A stretch of 62,759 bases of DNA, filler included, from Choristocarpus tenellus KU-1152 (taxonomy: Eukaryota > Protista > Phaeophyceae): assembly GCA_964200185.2 (NCBI GenBank). It is 13 parts of 13 records of this genome, joined end to end, with 100 filler letters (N's around TTAATTAATTAA, not from the genome) between each part and the next. Parts side by side here need not be neighbours in the genome. Positions count along the whole stretch, not along the records: positions 1 to 8,896 come from CAXNAD020004218.1; positions 8,997 to 11,600 come from CAXNAD020026354.1; positions 11,701 to 14,985 come from CAXNAD020021043.1; 10 more parts are not named here. The stretch is one strand, 5' to 3'. Shown here piece by piece: positions 1-12,224 of this stretch. Both the position numbers and the translations under genes were made by a program. Within the stretch, counting starts at the first letter, position 1. The number at the start of each line of letters is the position of its first letter. The notes below the pieces were generated by a model, which searched no databases, was not told the DNA's origin, and was given only the letters and a program-made list of their open reading frames with translations.

Positions 1-187
1 CCATTTTGCTTCAGGTGATGTGCACAGTTTCGCACGGTGGCGGGGGGAGGAGGGATACAACGAATGAGCAGGAAATTGATAAACTGGTGTTTTTCTTATT
101 TCATGTGAGAGAACTTTTTTTTTTAACTACATTTTTGCTCTGGGCTGTTGTCGCCTTATTCTCCCTCTTCTCGCTGTTGTTCTCTTG

Positions 188-291
188 CGATATGTGACAA
201 GTCAAACAAGTTTCCTGAAAAAATAGATAAATGCACATCGGCGTATCTGACAGGGGGTGGGAGGAGGGGGGGCAGATCTCAACAAACGATA
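188..291 (+). repeat. Dispersed repeat (family E), copy 1
   Basis: GCGATATGTGACAAGTC...AAATAGATAAATGCACATCGGCGTATCTGACAGGG...GGCAGATCTCAACAAACGATA aligns with 47219-47322 on another contig. Confidence 0.75.
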
Positions 292-591
292 ATTCGGGCA
301 TGACTGAGATATTCGTAGAAAGAGGTCGATCATCACATAATGTCAACACTTATAAGCGCTCAGCGTTAGCTTCTTCTACTTGGGGACGTTAGCAATAATT
401 GATAAACAATTTAATAATATGGTAAAATAACACTTCTTCTCACTCGGTCGACCATCCAAAATGACGATGAAACGCCACCGCGAAAGAAACTACATCGAAG
501 TGCTATTTTTTTGAGCATGTCGAAAAAGGCGGTACAAAATTTAATATTTTCAGATTTGGTACAAAATCGGGGTAGGTACTGTATTTATCAT

Positions 592-761
592 CAATTAAAT
601 ATGCCCTACTACCACCTTCGGCATGGATTCCCATTCAAAAAGGGGTCCTAAAAAAGTTTTATGACATTTACAAAGAAAAACATATGGGCACTTTCCGCGC
701 ACCATTTCCATCAAACCCCCATCCTCCATGAAATTATCCATCTTTATCATGATCCGCTGTT
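592..761 (+). mobile_element. Terminal arm of AACAG/CTGTT-ended non-autonomous DNA transposon (family C)
   Basis: CCTACTACCACCTTCGGCATGGATTCCCATTCAAAAAG...GATCCGCTGTT matches 20942-21109, the reverse of 20350-20506, and the terminal part at 8997-9092. Confidence 0.75.
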
Positions 762-779
762 GAGTGTTGATGGCTCAGT

Positions 780-1330
780 ACCCCCTACCAAACTGGAAGA
801 CAATGAAGTATAGTGGTGTACCAGCTCCCTGCTGGGATTTCGTTCATGTTTGAACAAGGGACGGCAGGAATACCTCAATGGTAATCTGTCTCCTCTGCAT
901 CAAACTCAAGCAGTGGAATCGTGCCAAAATCAATGGGGGCACATTGAAGTCAACAACCAATCTTAGCACTAGTCACAGACTATGAGCCCTCCATGGTGAA
1001 GAGCAGCCGCGAGATGGAGACTAGGGGAGTCTGTCATGGAGGGTTGTGGCGAAGAAGGGTGCCGCCTTCATAAAGCACCGCAGGTTGCCCTTCAATCACA
1101 TGAAACCATGGTAAACTGCCGCACCACAGTACTACTTGTACGACTAACTCCACCCAGATATCAGCACGACTTAGGAAGATATGCTGCCTGGGGGGCGAGA
1201 TTCCACCAAAGGTGCCGGAAGACGTGACAAGTCCAACTGGAACGTGACTGGTCGTATTCTCTACCTGAATAAAGATATCCGCATCCATGAAAAGACCACT
1301 AATGGGTTATGTTAATGCTTGAAAGCCATT
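780..1330 (+). pseudogene. Degenerate hAT-like transposase fragment
   Basis: Translation gives LALVTDYEPSMVKSSREMETRGVCHG, resembling the hAT VTDNxxxM...CxxH motif, plus a later PPKVPEDV segment. It is broken by stops and frameshifts. Confidence 0.4.
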
Positions 1331-2079
1331 GACGGGAAGAAGTTTTTGATGATCATTAGAAATACGACTGAGCTAATCATGAACGCACAGATGATGAAGC
1401 TGGGCTGGGCACATGTCACAGTTTCTCTCTTGACTCCCATAATTTATCAGACACTCAACTATCTGGTGGCACCATGTTCTTGATGACAAGAAATGTATTA
1501 AATGAACCTTTTGAAAGAACGATCACCGAAAAAATGAACTTCGAATTTCGATTTTCATTATTTATTATGCTTAACTATAGATATACCACTTCTCTTCATC
1601 TTGTTTCTCTCTTTCAGGGAAAGGATTCAAAATATATTTTCTCGCTCTTCTCTCTGGAATATTTTTCTGTTCCCATCTCTTCATTCTCTCTCACAAACAG
1701 TAACATGGTCGTCCAACAACAAACCTGATAGGAGAAGAAAGAAGAAAGATGACATTCTTACGTGGTGTATGCTGGTATTTGTTGTTGCTGTCGATAATGC
1801 ATACTTCAACCAACCGCTAGGACAGGTGAAAGGTAATAAATGATGTGTTAAATTTCGAAAACTGTGCATTATTATGAGGTTGGCTGGAGGAACAAGAAGA
1901 AACAGAATGTAAAGAGTACGACAAATATGAAGACTCGAGTGTATTGTGGAGGAAGAAAGCCCTTCGGATACACCATATATTTTGAAAGTGAAAGGTGCCA
2001 CACTTTCGCGTTAATAAAGAGGTAGTTGATGGACCTATGTGAGTTTTGTAAGTGTGAAAATTCGTCAAGGTAGATAAGG

Positions 2080-2890
2080 AAACCAGGTGACGTGGTGACT
2101 AGAGGGAGAAAATGGTTGGGAGGGTAGACGGATATTTAAACATTGAATGGCCTGAAAGCCGACAGGGTCACCGAGAAGTTAATAAGAAAAGAGTTGCAGG
2201 AGGCCGCAGTCAAAAGGCTTGGGGAAGGGCAAAGTGGGAAGAATCAAGGAAAATTAGGAGCAATCTTTCCACCCACCCACCCTCTTCATTGCTCCCAATT
2301 GGGTGGAATGTTGGGGGGGGGGAAATTCGGGTGGGTTAGAGGTATCCTCTAGTTTAAGGCATGGTATGGGAATGGATGATTGGGCGATGTTCTTGGATGA
2401 ATTTGGAGTGTTATGGATGGACGTTGAGTGTTTTGGGAGAGTCGGCGATGGAGTGGATTGCTTGGAAGCGGATACCAGTGATGGATTTAGCCACATTGGT
2501 TTATGAGTGAATTATTCTCTTTCTAATAATTGCATATGCGGAAATTGTTCGCGTTGTTTTGGATGTGGATAGATAGCGGTGATGGAAATTGACCGTATTG
2601 GTTTGTGAATAAACAACGCAAAAAATTGTTGCATTGGTTGGGGACTGGATACGCCGAATTTGGTCGCATTGGTTGGAGATAGGATACACGGAGAGTGGCC
2701 ATATTTTAGTTGGTGATTGGATACACGGAAATTGGTCACGTTAGTTGGTCATGGGATACACAGAGATCAACCCCTTCGTCGATGCGGTAACAAGGATAGT
2801 GGTGTGGTGGTGGTGTAGTTTAGAGTGAGTGGTGTGACGTCAGTTGAGGAATGGAGTGGATGTTAGGCTAGTAAGATGGGGAACTAATTA
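2080..2890 (+). mobile_element. 3' remnant of a divergent YR (DIRS/Ngaro-like) retrotransposon with ~38-bp minisatellite
   Basis: 2311-2430 resembles the post-recombinase motif at 46762-46860 and 52675-52785. It is followed by degenerate ~38-bp repeats (ATTGGTTGGAGATAGGATACACGGAAATTGGTC) at ~2550-2770, and the plus strand is purine-rich. Confidence 0.5.
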
Positions 2891-3056
2891 ATCCAGAAGT
2901 CGTGAATAAACCAAAAAAACGACTTTTGAACTATCAAAAATACCTCCTTAATCAAAAGGAGTCCTTGCTGCTTGAGCTGAAAAAAGTATGAAATGTTTTT
3001 TAGTGTTCTCACCTTTAGGATATTTTATTTCCTTAGGGCTAATAACGACATATGTA

Positions 3057-3117
3057 TAGTTTTCATTGGTTTCCCCCCTGACACATAAGCAAAATGTCAG
3101 AGGGCATAATAATAAAA
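3057..3117 (-). repeat. Dispersed repeat family D (TTATTATGCCCTCTGACATTTTGCAGATGTGTCAGGGG unit)
   Basis: Reverse complement of 20097-20158. Related copies lie at ~3577-3640, 19661-19700, 20017-20067 and 57011-57036. Confidence 0.7.
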
Positions 3118-3817
3118 AGTTTGAAAGATGGAAGGCAAAGATAGTAGAACTAATGATCCAGAATTCGCCAGCAGACGAAAAAACCCTCTCTTGAAAGACA
3201 AAAACACAAAACGAATGGCCATCTCAATCTCAATCCCCCCAAAAAGATCATTTTCCCCTGAGCTGAAGAAGTTTTGAAGATGTAAGCAAAAACCTATCTC
3301 CATCCCAACCCCTTAAGAAGGATATCCTTGCTGCTAGACCTGAAAAAAGCTAAACCTTTGTTCTGGTCTGATCTCTTAAATATGGAATATTTTCCTAACT
3401 AGACCAGTCAGACCTATTGCTTTAATAGATGGTACCCGCAACTACACAACAATTGACTCTTTTGAGACTACTACTCCTCTCATTTAAGGTGGTTGGTTGC
3501 ACGAAGGGGTTTTGTATATTCTTCGGTTACATTTATATAGGTAGGGTCGAAGAAAGCCGTAGTACTGTACTGTTCTTTTATTGTTATGTTGTCTGACATT
3601 TTCCAGATGAGTCAGGGGAAAAATCAACAAAACTATTCCGATATATATTTGTGCGTGTTGTCGTATTGGAGATGTCAAGAGAAGAAAATAATACAGAGCA
3701 TAATATTAAAAATACATTGGATCGAGAGGAATATAACTAAAATTAAGTATTGGTAGATTCGAAGGTAGGTATCTATCTATATTGATACAAATTGGCAAAA
3801 AGTATATTTTATCAAAG

Positions 3818-4022
3818 AACAGCAGATTTCAAAAATTGAGGATGGAGCTTTTCGTTGAGGATGAGCTAACCCAAAATTGACTGGGATAAAGTTTCGATAT
3901 ATATATTTTTTTAAATGATCGTCATTTTAAAAAATATATATATCGAAACTTTATCCCAGTCAATTTTGGGTCAGCTCATCCTCAACGAAAAGCTCCATCC
4001 TCAATTTTTGAAATCTGCTGTT
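3818..4022. mobile_element. Near-perfect 205-bp palindromic (foldback) MITE, family C termini, 4-bp TSD AAAG
   Basis: The ~101-bp arms are reverse complements with 2 mismatches around a 3-nt loop. Termini are AACAGCAG...CTGCTGTT, flanked by AAAG on both sides. Confidence 0.9.
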
Positions 4023-4729
4023 AAAGGGGCAGATTAAGTTTATTCCACGACACTAAGCTATTTTCTCTATAATTAAGTGTGATGACACCAATTGAGAGGC
4101 ACGCTCCCCCTCTCTCACTGACTCTTTCACAATAGTAAGGAAAATGTGATCACCTCTTGCAACATGGTCTACATCTCTAACACCGGTCGGAGCTTATCCT
4201 GCGAGATAGGAAAGTGTAGGGTGTCTTGTTCCACGTTTCATGATATGGTTCACGTTCCAGATCACCCATGGTAAGGAGTAAACTGTAAGATGGTTACATC
4301 TTCAGAAGAGAGGACTATACCCCCAAAAGGGATATACATACCACTGCGAGTAGGTAAACATCCTGAGGTTACAGAGTCGTATACATCGGATATCTAACGA
4401 GGACTATACACTCAATAGGGGTACGCACCGCTACGAGAAGAGTGTTCACATCCTGAGGGCACACAATGGGATTATTTTGCAAAGAAAACCAACTATACAT
4501 ACACGAGGGATATACACCATTACAAGAGGGTATACAGTTGGAGTCACCAGTAGCATCATGGGTGGTGCAGCAGACACTGAAACAACCCAGAACCATCGAG
4601 ACAAGATTAGTTACCCCAACTTGATGGCTCCGAAGGAAATCGTGTTAGATTTATCGAGAAATTCGATCTTGTTCTTTCACTCAATGAACCCAGAATGTCT
4701 GCTTTATACTGTGGCGAAACAACACCGAT

Positions 4730-5870
4730 GACTGGTGACGGCGTGAACTCACGCCAATGGGAGTGAGAAAAATTCAATGAGAAACTAAGTACCACCCTAC
4801 CTTTAGAAGGTGAGGGGGTATGGTACATTCTACTGAGGCAGTTTCGCCACAGACCGACGTTGTACAAAAAAGTATTGGGTCTGTCACTCTCTTCAAGACA
4901 AGTACGAGTCCCATACGCATGCAAGGACCATGAACCTTCATCACCAATATCTGAACTATCGTAGAAGAGGGTGAAGACCCTGATCATTTCTTGTCAAGAG
5001 TTATCAATGTCAATGAAAAGCTCGTAGATTTGGGTTAGACATCTTCAGAAGCTCAAATCAACGGCATCATCAGTTCTGACCTAGAACGAGAGTATGGAAC
5101 CATCAGAACAAATATTCGTCGTATGGAAGAGATCACGTAAGACAGAATAATTTAGCTATTTCGTGCTAACTTTTCAAACAGGCTCAAAGTATCTGGGGGT
5201 GGTGGTGGCTATGTATTTGGGGCCTGTTTTTTCATGTCGTGATTTTTGTGTGATTTGGTTGCATGCGTTAGATGGATAATGCAAGTGCACTTCTCCTCAT
5301 CAGGACCCGAATGGACACCCTGATGTACCCCCTCCCCCCCCTCCCAGGGTAATTTGAGGGAACAAGGTACGCGCTACTGCCCCTTCAGGTGCATCATTAT
5401 GGTCGAAGTGCTTTTCGAGACTGGTGGAGTGACTCGGCAGTCAGGTTTGATTTATCTGGCGGGAGTGGGAGAATCTTGTCGAAATCAGAGGCTGGACCTG
5501 CGATTTGCTTCCTCGCAAATACCACACAAAGCAAGAAACAAGAACAGCAGCCAATCTTTGACATCACAGGATTTATATGCTCGTGGATAGTTGATGCTCC
5601 GATCACATCTTGGGACCAGTGCTTTTCCGTAGAAACATACAGAGAACCTCAACAAATACTTCAAAGTGCATGGCAGTAGAGCCACCCAAAGACATCTTAA
5701 GTGCTGGTGATAACACTATTACTGCTACAGGTAAAGGGGTCCTTTCTTGCTTGACTGGGGATTCTGATAGTTTGTACGTAATACACTGGACGTACTCATG
5801 GTTCCTAAACTGGGACGTAATCTCTTGAGCTCATTAGTGGCACGAAAGGAGGGTATGGATACCCCCCTGA
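4730..5870 (+). mobile_element. Degenerate Ty1/Copia gag-protease region
   Basis: Gag (UBN2-like) segments LQDKYESHTHARTMNLHHQY and EDPDHFLSRVINVNEKLVDLG...EYGTIRTNI. Protease-region motifs WIVDAPITS, AGDNTITATGKG and LDVLMVPKLGRNLLS. In-frame stops are present and a MITE interrupts it at 5181-5360. Confidence 0.8.
5181..5360 (+). mobile_element. MITE family B, full copy, TSD AACA
   Basis: Starts GGCTCAAAGTATCTGGGGG and ends in a degenerate inverted copy (CCCAGGGTAATTTGAGGG). AACA lies at 5177-5180 and 5361-5364. The interior matches 48235-48414 in reverse. Confidence 0.88.
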
Positions 5871-6217
5871 CTACGTCATTTTTTTTTCTTGGCGAAGAGG
5901 TCTGTTTTCCTATACTATTTTCTAAGGGCTTGTACTTTTTCGATTTATCACTTCAACAAGAATGTTGAGTGTGTGCTGCTCTGATCATTCGGGATTCCAA
6001 GGAACCACCCTCCTGACACTGCTGCCCTTCAATCAACAATTTCAAAAACAATGTCAAGATGAGTAGCAAGAGATGGACAGGATACTTGTTGTGACCAATA
6101 TCCAGCATTAGGACAGTACCAAAGGAAAACATGCCTGACCAAAGAAGATCATTTTCTCTTGTTCATAAACCCTAACCTTATGGAGAATGGAAAGGTAGTC
6201 ATAGACAAAGAACTTAC

Positions 6218-6653
6218 CCAAAGTGGTGCTATGAATGTGGGATATTACATGCTCATGTCTATTTAATATTTTTGATGTCAAACATATTTTCTGTGCCTGA
6301 AAAACGAGATAAATCTTGTTCTCCCTTTTGCTCAGCATACATCACTCACAGTTCAGAAAATCCTCTCCTCTGCTCTGCTATCCTCAGTACATACAATTAA
6401 TTATATAGGGTTCTTTTCCACTCTCTAGCAACGCATTGATTCTCTCTAGTAACCTTGAGTCATCTTTAATATCATTGCATCGTGCTGGTACTGTTTTGTG
6501 CTACTAGAAGACTGTGTGTTATCATGTACCTCTCTTGTAATGCCCTGCTCTGTCCACACTACAACTTACAACAACAATCAATGTTCTGCTTTGCTCAAAA
6601 GGGGAAGGGGACATCGGTAGGTTTTGCAAGAGTTCCCAGGCTTGGACAGATAC
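6218..6653 (-). CDS. Candidate exons of an unidentified multi-exon gene (6653-6570, 6296-6218)
   Basis: CAG|...|GTAAGT-bounded 84-bp exon encoding VSVQAWELLQNLPMSPSPFEQSRTLIVV, and a second CAG|...|GTAAGT-bounded segment. The WELLxxLP motif is only weakly reminiscent of USP24/34-type proteins. Confidence 0.3.
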
Positions 6654-8198
6654 CTGGAACAGTTGTGACACCCGTACCACATAACAATAACAACAACAAC
6701 CAACGCCCTGCAATTAAAATATTAAAAATAGATTTACAAAAAAAATGAACCCAACCAAGATAGTCAGTCAGTAGAGCAAAATTCTAAGCTCAAGCAAGAG
6801 CACGCACTAATGCTTCACACAAACAAACTAAGGTATGCAATGCACTCACCTACTGACCTGCTGACCCAGCCCAGACAGGACATACTTTATTCTGGTATTA
6901 TTCGCCCTAACCCTAACCTTAACTCTAACCTTACAATCATGAAAAAAAGAGGAAGATGCATGTGAAAGGCAAGCAGCAAACTGTTCTTGTACACGAGGGT
7001 TGTATTCATAGTTCACTGACCCTTCACCATGACACGCCTTCCGGCACGGACACGCACACCCAGCTCACCCCACTAAATCCCACACTCCTGTCTCTCTCTC
7101 TCCTCTATACCAACTCCTTCTGTCCGTGCTCTCAGGTCCTCATGGGGGAGTTCTTACAGTAGGCGTATTTATTTTGGACCAGCATTAAAAAAAAAAAAAA
7201 TTGGCTCCACGGTATGACCAAGAGAGAAACAAACCGTTTGAAGGTATATGTGGGTTTTACCAGCACAATTCGTGGCAATTTTAAAAAACGTAAGGTCTTT
7301 CTGCTGCACTGACTGCCAATATCCAAGTTGGCAGGAGGGGGGAAATTTCTGAGTTGTTATTGTGGGCGACCTGTGTAGCGAAAAGGGCCTCCTTTTAAAA
7401 ACACTGAATTGGGCCCAGTCTCAATAACACCCAATAACACTCAATGGCACTCAATAACACATTCAATAACAAGCAGAAAAACAAAATAAAAATATCTAGA
7501 TTGGAGACATGGGACATGAACAGTTCTTGTTGGGGGGGGGAAATGGCGCATTCCTCAATAGTATAGGATAGTAATAGTATAGGATTGTCCATGTAACTGT
7601 CTTATGGAATAAAATAAAATAAAATACAATTGATGTTATAAAATTCAGGGGCCTTGAAACTCAATGACGCCTGCTTCTCTGATGGTATAGATGGTATCAC
7701 TCCATGGTCAGGGTTAGGTTTAGGGTTCAGAAAAAGTAGACGTACTGTATGGGTAGCACGTTTGCTAATTTGCCAGACAATTGGTAAAATAGACACCACT
7801 TGAATAAAAAAGGTTCTAAGAAGATTGTTCCGAGAGTAGTAGCAGCAATATGTTATTATTATTCATGCTCTTACAGGAGAACCATAAAGAGTGAAAGTAA
7901 CTGTGGTTGAAGATGTGAAAGTAAATCGGGAGAATAATTATTTTCAAATCTCTATCCATGTACGTCATGTTGTGGTCAACATTGTCTGAAAGCAGGAAGT
8001 TCTTCTCTCTATTTGAAACATACCATGGGTCCCCTTTCATTTCTTCATCTTCTCCATTTTCTCTGCCCACGTGACGGTAATTTTTGTTTTTTTTAAGTGA
8101 AGCAGAATGAAAAAAAAAGAACAAAATAGGGGGAAAAAAATATATATATATATATCATGACGAACAGCTGTGTTAGAAGCTCTTCGCACCTTCGGACA

Positions 8199-8260
8199 AC
8201 ATTGGACTTTCACAACAAAATATTGGACTTTCACAACGCAACATTGGACTTTCACAACAC
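8199..8260 (+). repeat. 21-bp tandem repeat x3
   Basis: A(C/T)ATTGGACTTTCACAAC.. repeated three times. Confidence 0.85.
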
Positions 8261-8791
8261 AACAGTTTCACTCTCGAGTCTTGAACAACATTTCACTCAA
8301 CAACGGTATGGGCTACTCGAATACGGAGTACAGGCCTGTCTGGGACTGGGGTGTTACCATACACTCCGGAGTATGATGCATGTTACTCATGCTTTCATCT
8401 GAACAGTTAGAGGCATATCAGGTAACACAGTTTCGTTTCAAGGGCATCCTTCCTATCCATGTGGAAGAACTTGAGACCACCGAACTTCAATTTGATGTGT
8501 AGATACGGTGCCGTTTGGCAATTCTGATTGGACGCTGGTCCAGACCTTTCTGAAGCCGTGCTGTGAGTAGTTTTTCATTGCTGTGTCATACCTCGCCTAT
8601 ATGCGAATATATATATATACCATCTGCAATTCCATTCTACCATCATACCACGTAGATATAAGTATGTACTCATCATCAGCAATTAATCCTCGTACACCAT
8701 CAAACAATTCAGCCAACTACACATTTTTTCGTAGCCAGCAGAAATCAAGGGATTTTCTCAGGCAAGTTTGGCAGCTTGCAAAACACACACA

Positions 8792-8805
8792 GGCTCAGAG
8801 TATCT

Positions 8806-8838
<33 letters not shown>

Positions 8839-8896
8839 TTTTGGGGGTGTTTTTTTTTTGTGGTCTTTTTGTGGGATGTTGAGGGGTGAAGGGGGG
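8792..8896 (+). mobile_element. MITE family B end, truncated in poly-G at contig end
   Basis: GGCTCAGAGTATCTGGGGG followed by a low-quality G run. Confidence 0.6.
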
Positions 8897-8996
8897 NNNN
8901 NNNNNNNNNNNNNNNNNNNNNNNNNNNNNNNNNNNNNNNNTTAATTAATTAANNNNNNNNNNNNNNNNNNNNNNNNNNNNNNNNNNNNNNNNNNNN
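8897..8996. other. Artificial contig spacer N44-TTAATTAATTAA-N44 (also at 11601, 14986, 20250, 26528, 35463, 40011, 43221, 47323, 51151, 56098, 59926)
   Basis: An identical 100-nt linker with stops in all six frames occurs 12 times. Confidence 0.99.
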
Positions 8997-9092
8997 CTTC
9001 CAAAAAACCTTTCGGTACTTTTTTAAGACCGTTTTCGCAAAACAACCATCCTCATAGTCCCGGGCCATCCTCCATTTTGAGGATCCCCTGTT
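8997..9092 (+). mobile_element. Family C terminal arm fragment
   Basis: AACCATCCTCATAG...CCATCCTCCATTTTGAGGATCCCCTGTT resembles 21061-21109 and ends in CTGTT. Confidence 0.6.
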
Positions 9093-9442
9093 GTTTCTGG
9101 AATGTGAAATCGCTCGATGACAGTTCAATTCGATTCAATTCGATTAATCGAAGTTTTTTAATACAAATTTTAGGTTATGCTTTTTTGGTTCGCAACACAT
9201 AGCTTAAATGCAAAATTAGTACATAACCTTTTGTGGAACTATGTATTCCTGTACACCCTATGTAAATTAGGTTAAGTTGTGAACACTTTTGTCCCAATAC
9301 AACGATGCCTCTCAACGTTTTTTCTCACACAAGAGAATGAAACGTTCATTTCTTAGTTTTTATTTTACGTTTTACAAATATACCTTTTTATGCCCTCTCA
9401 AATTTTCTACATACATGACTACTTTAAAGAAAAAACTTTATC

Positions 9443-9515
9443 ACTACTACTACTACTACTATCGCTATTATTACTATTTCTACTACTATTACTATACTGC
9501 TATTAATACTACTAG
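9443..9515 (+). repeat. (TAC/TAT)n microsatellite
   Basis: Imperfect trinucleotide run upstream of SIN3. Confidence 0.85.
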
Positions 9516-9720
9516 TATAGTAGTGTCGTCTATGATGTATGAGTATATGAGGAAATTCGTTATGGTGATGGCCTATATCAAACATAACCAAGTTATTCCA
9601 ACAAGGGAAAAGAGGATATTATCGCGCAAGTTGCACCTACACAAACCCTTTCTTCGACCTTAACACAGAGCCATAGTGCATACTTAGGATACACAAGGCC
9701 TGGCAATCGATAAAGCGTTG

Positions 9721-11030
9721 ATGCAGTCGTCGGGGAAGGGATCCCCACCTCCGGGAGGTCCTGGAGCGGGGAGAGGGGGATCGGGTGGGATGGGAGCATC
9801 CCCGCCACCACCCCCACCACCTGGCGGTGGTTTGGGTGTCCCCCCTAACTTGTGAGTTTGCCGACACCAGAGCATGGGAGCCAAAGGGGCAGCATTGCCT
9901 GGACCAACTTTGTGGATTACCCTCGATTTTATCCTTTTGGTGCTTTGTTGAGGTTTAATAGGCTCAGGTCATGGCCGTTGATGCGGATTTATTTTAACCA
10001 CACGGCGAATGGGGAGTGCTGCCGTTGCGCGCCATTTATAGACACTACCTTGGCTGGATTAGTGAAACCAGCTTTGAACGGAGAGTGTGTAATGCATCTC
10101 CATCAGTCGGGATCGATTGTCGCGGTTTCCGAAATTGGATACAGCCGTGTGGGTACCTCTCTTGACCCTAGGACACAATCCACATTCCCACTATTTTGAG
10201 CTCGATGATCCCATGTCGCGTTGGTTGCTATCTGTTGAGTATCCGACCGAAAATCCTTACCTCATCCTTTTTTGTGCATTGTTATCTGATGAGTCGTTTT
10301 TTCCTGCAATTTCCTCACCTGACTTCGACAAATATGCACAATCTGTCTGCAACCGTTGTTCACCCGTTGACCTCACTATTTCAAGCTGGGATGACCTGCT
10401 TTCCCTCTTCTGACTTTGTTGTGTCAGTGTTGGCTCCGAACCCACTGTAGACCGCTGTTATTCCCTTGAAGAATGAATAACTTCAGTGTTCAAATCGATG
10501 CACTTGCCGCAGAAACAACCCCTCCTCGCCGAAGAAGGTAGTACCCAAGGGACCTGGTGTTCCCTTGGGGAGAAACGCAGCAAGGGAAATCAAACCAATG
10601 CGTGAACTCCGGGTCGAAGATGCCCTCCTTTACCTCGATCAGGTAAGCCCTACCTTCACACTATCCGATAAGTTCATCACCCTCGGAAGTTGCAATTTCC
10701 CCCTTCTTCTCGTTCTAGTCCAAGAATAGAGGAGGGGGCAGGGTGAGGGCACAGTCCTCAATCCTTCGTACGTTATCTGTGAAGCGAAGGTGGTGGCATT
10801 GAGTGACCGTTTCGTTCTGACAGCACCCAGCAACCACTACTGTCAAGTGCCATATATTCAATACTCTGGCAAGATTGCACGACCTTGTTTACAAAAGCAC
10901 ACCACTAACTCCCTTTTTTTTACTTTTCCGTCATGATATCGGCCACGTATGTCACTCCCAGGTCAAAATCGAGTTCGGAAACAAGCCTGAAATCTACAAT
11001 GAATTTCTTGACATCATGAAAAACTTCAAG
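9721..11030 (+). CDS. SIN3: Sin3 transcriptional corepressor (paired amphipathic helix protein), 5' exons 9721-9851, 10513-10642, 10962-11030; partial
   Basis: Phase-compatible GT-AG splicing gives MQSSGKGSPPPGGPG...VPPNL/NNPSSPKK...EIKPMRELRVEDALLYLDQ/VKIEFGNKPEIYNEFLDIMKNFK, which is the canonical PAH1 signature. Confidence 0.92.
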
Positions 11031-12224
11031 GTCAGTGCCATATTCTGGTTACACTAGATCCTCATCACCATGACACACTTTGAAGTATTTTTTAAAATTT
11101 TCAATCACCTTGGTGAGGTCTCTTCTCACCTCTCTCAGCCCCATCATCATCCATGCAGTGTGTGATTTAGTGGGGAGAGCATAACCTAACGGAGAAAATG
11201 ATATCTCTTTTTCTCATCTGCTGACCTGACCTTCCCGCTCCACAGCAGTCCCACGATTTTTTTACCTGAGTTCAATCTCCTTCTCACCTATATACATACA
11301 CATATAATACTGTCCTTAGATTATTTCCAAAACCCTTTTCTTTTCTTTTTTCCCTTTCCTTGTGCGTGTTGCATGAATTGCTCAAGAAATAGAAAGTAAA
11401 TGCCGTCGTTGCTCTTTGTGACCTTCCGTGAAAGAGATTGTCTCTTCATCTTTACGCCTGCTTCGGGGCCCTAGTCTCTAATATATCTTTTGCTTTCTTG
11501 AGGGCACACACAAACACATGCACATACACGCGCATCAATAAGACCAGATCAAGATACCGAAGTCAAGAAGTGCACCTCTTCCTTCCCTCCCTCCCCCCCC
11601 NNNNNNNNNNNNNNNNNNNNNNNNNNNNNNNNNNNNNNNNNNNNTTAATTAATTAANNNNNNNNNNNNNNNNNNNNNNNNNNNNNNNNNNNNNNNNNNNN
11701 GGGGGGAGAGTTGGGGTTGCTACGCAATCCGCCAAGCAAGTATGCACTGATTGCTGGGTTTTGAACTCTTTGTCTTTCCCCTCACAATCTAGCCACATCA
11801 CATCTCCTTCCGTCAGTAAATTTTATTTTTAATAGTATTTGTCACTGAAGGATGAACTCTGTCGTGTACCATGACTTGTGAGCAAGGAAGTTATTTTCCG
11901 TGAAAGTGGGTGCGCATTGCGTTCCTCTTACGTTTATCCTCTCAACTTTGTCGTTCGTGTGATTTTTGTCTTTGTTCTTTTCGGTTCCTTCAACAATCGA
12001 TACTGAAAATCGGAACATCTCAACCTGAGATGTCCCACCACCGCAGGTGAGGTGTCTCTTAGGCTCAGGAAATCCAAAGGACCCTCGGTGCGACACTTGA
12101 CCGGAGTTATGCCCCTGGACGTGTCCCTGGGACCCCTACGACCTCTACTCCACAGTGACAACATTTATTTCTTTCTCTTGCGTTTTTTTCTGTTCTTTTT
12201 TCGGACCTGTACAACAATAGTATC

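Noticed and set aside
5930-6110. hAT dimerisation-domain remnant (YW...PSLA...LGIP) on minus strand
   Set aside because: The motif match is too weak and interrupted to support a call.
8897-8996. Recurrent TTAATTAATTAA motif within N runs
   Set aside because: It is an artificial contig-joining linker, not biological. No synteny can be inferred across it.
9289-9663. Tyr-rich 124-aa ORF
   Set aside because: Translation of a (TAC/TAT)n microsatellite in the SIN3 upstream region.
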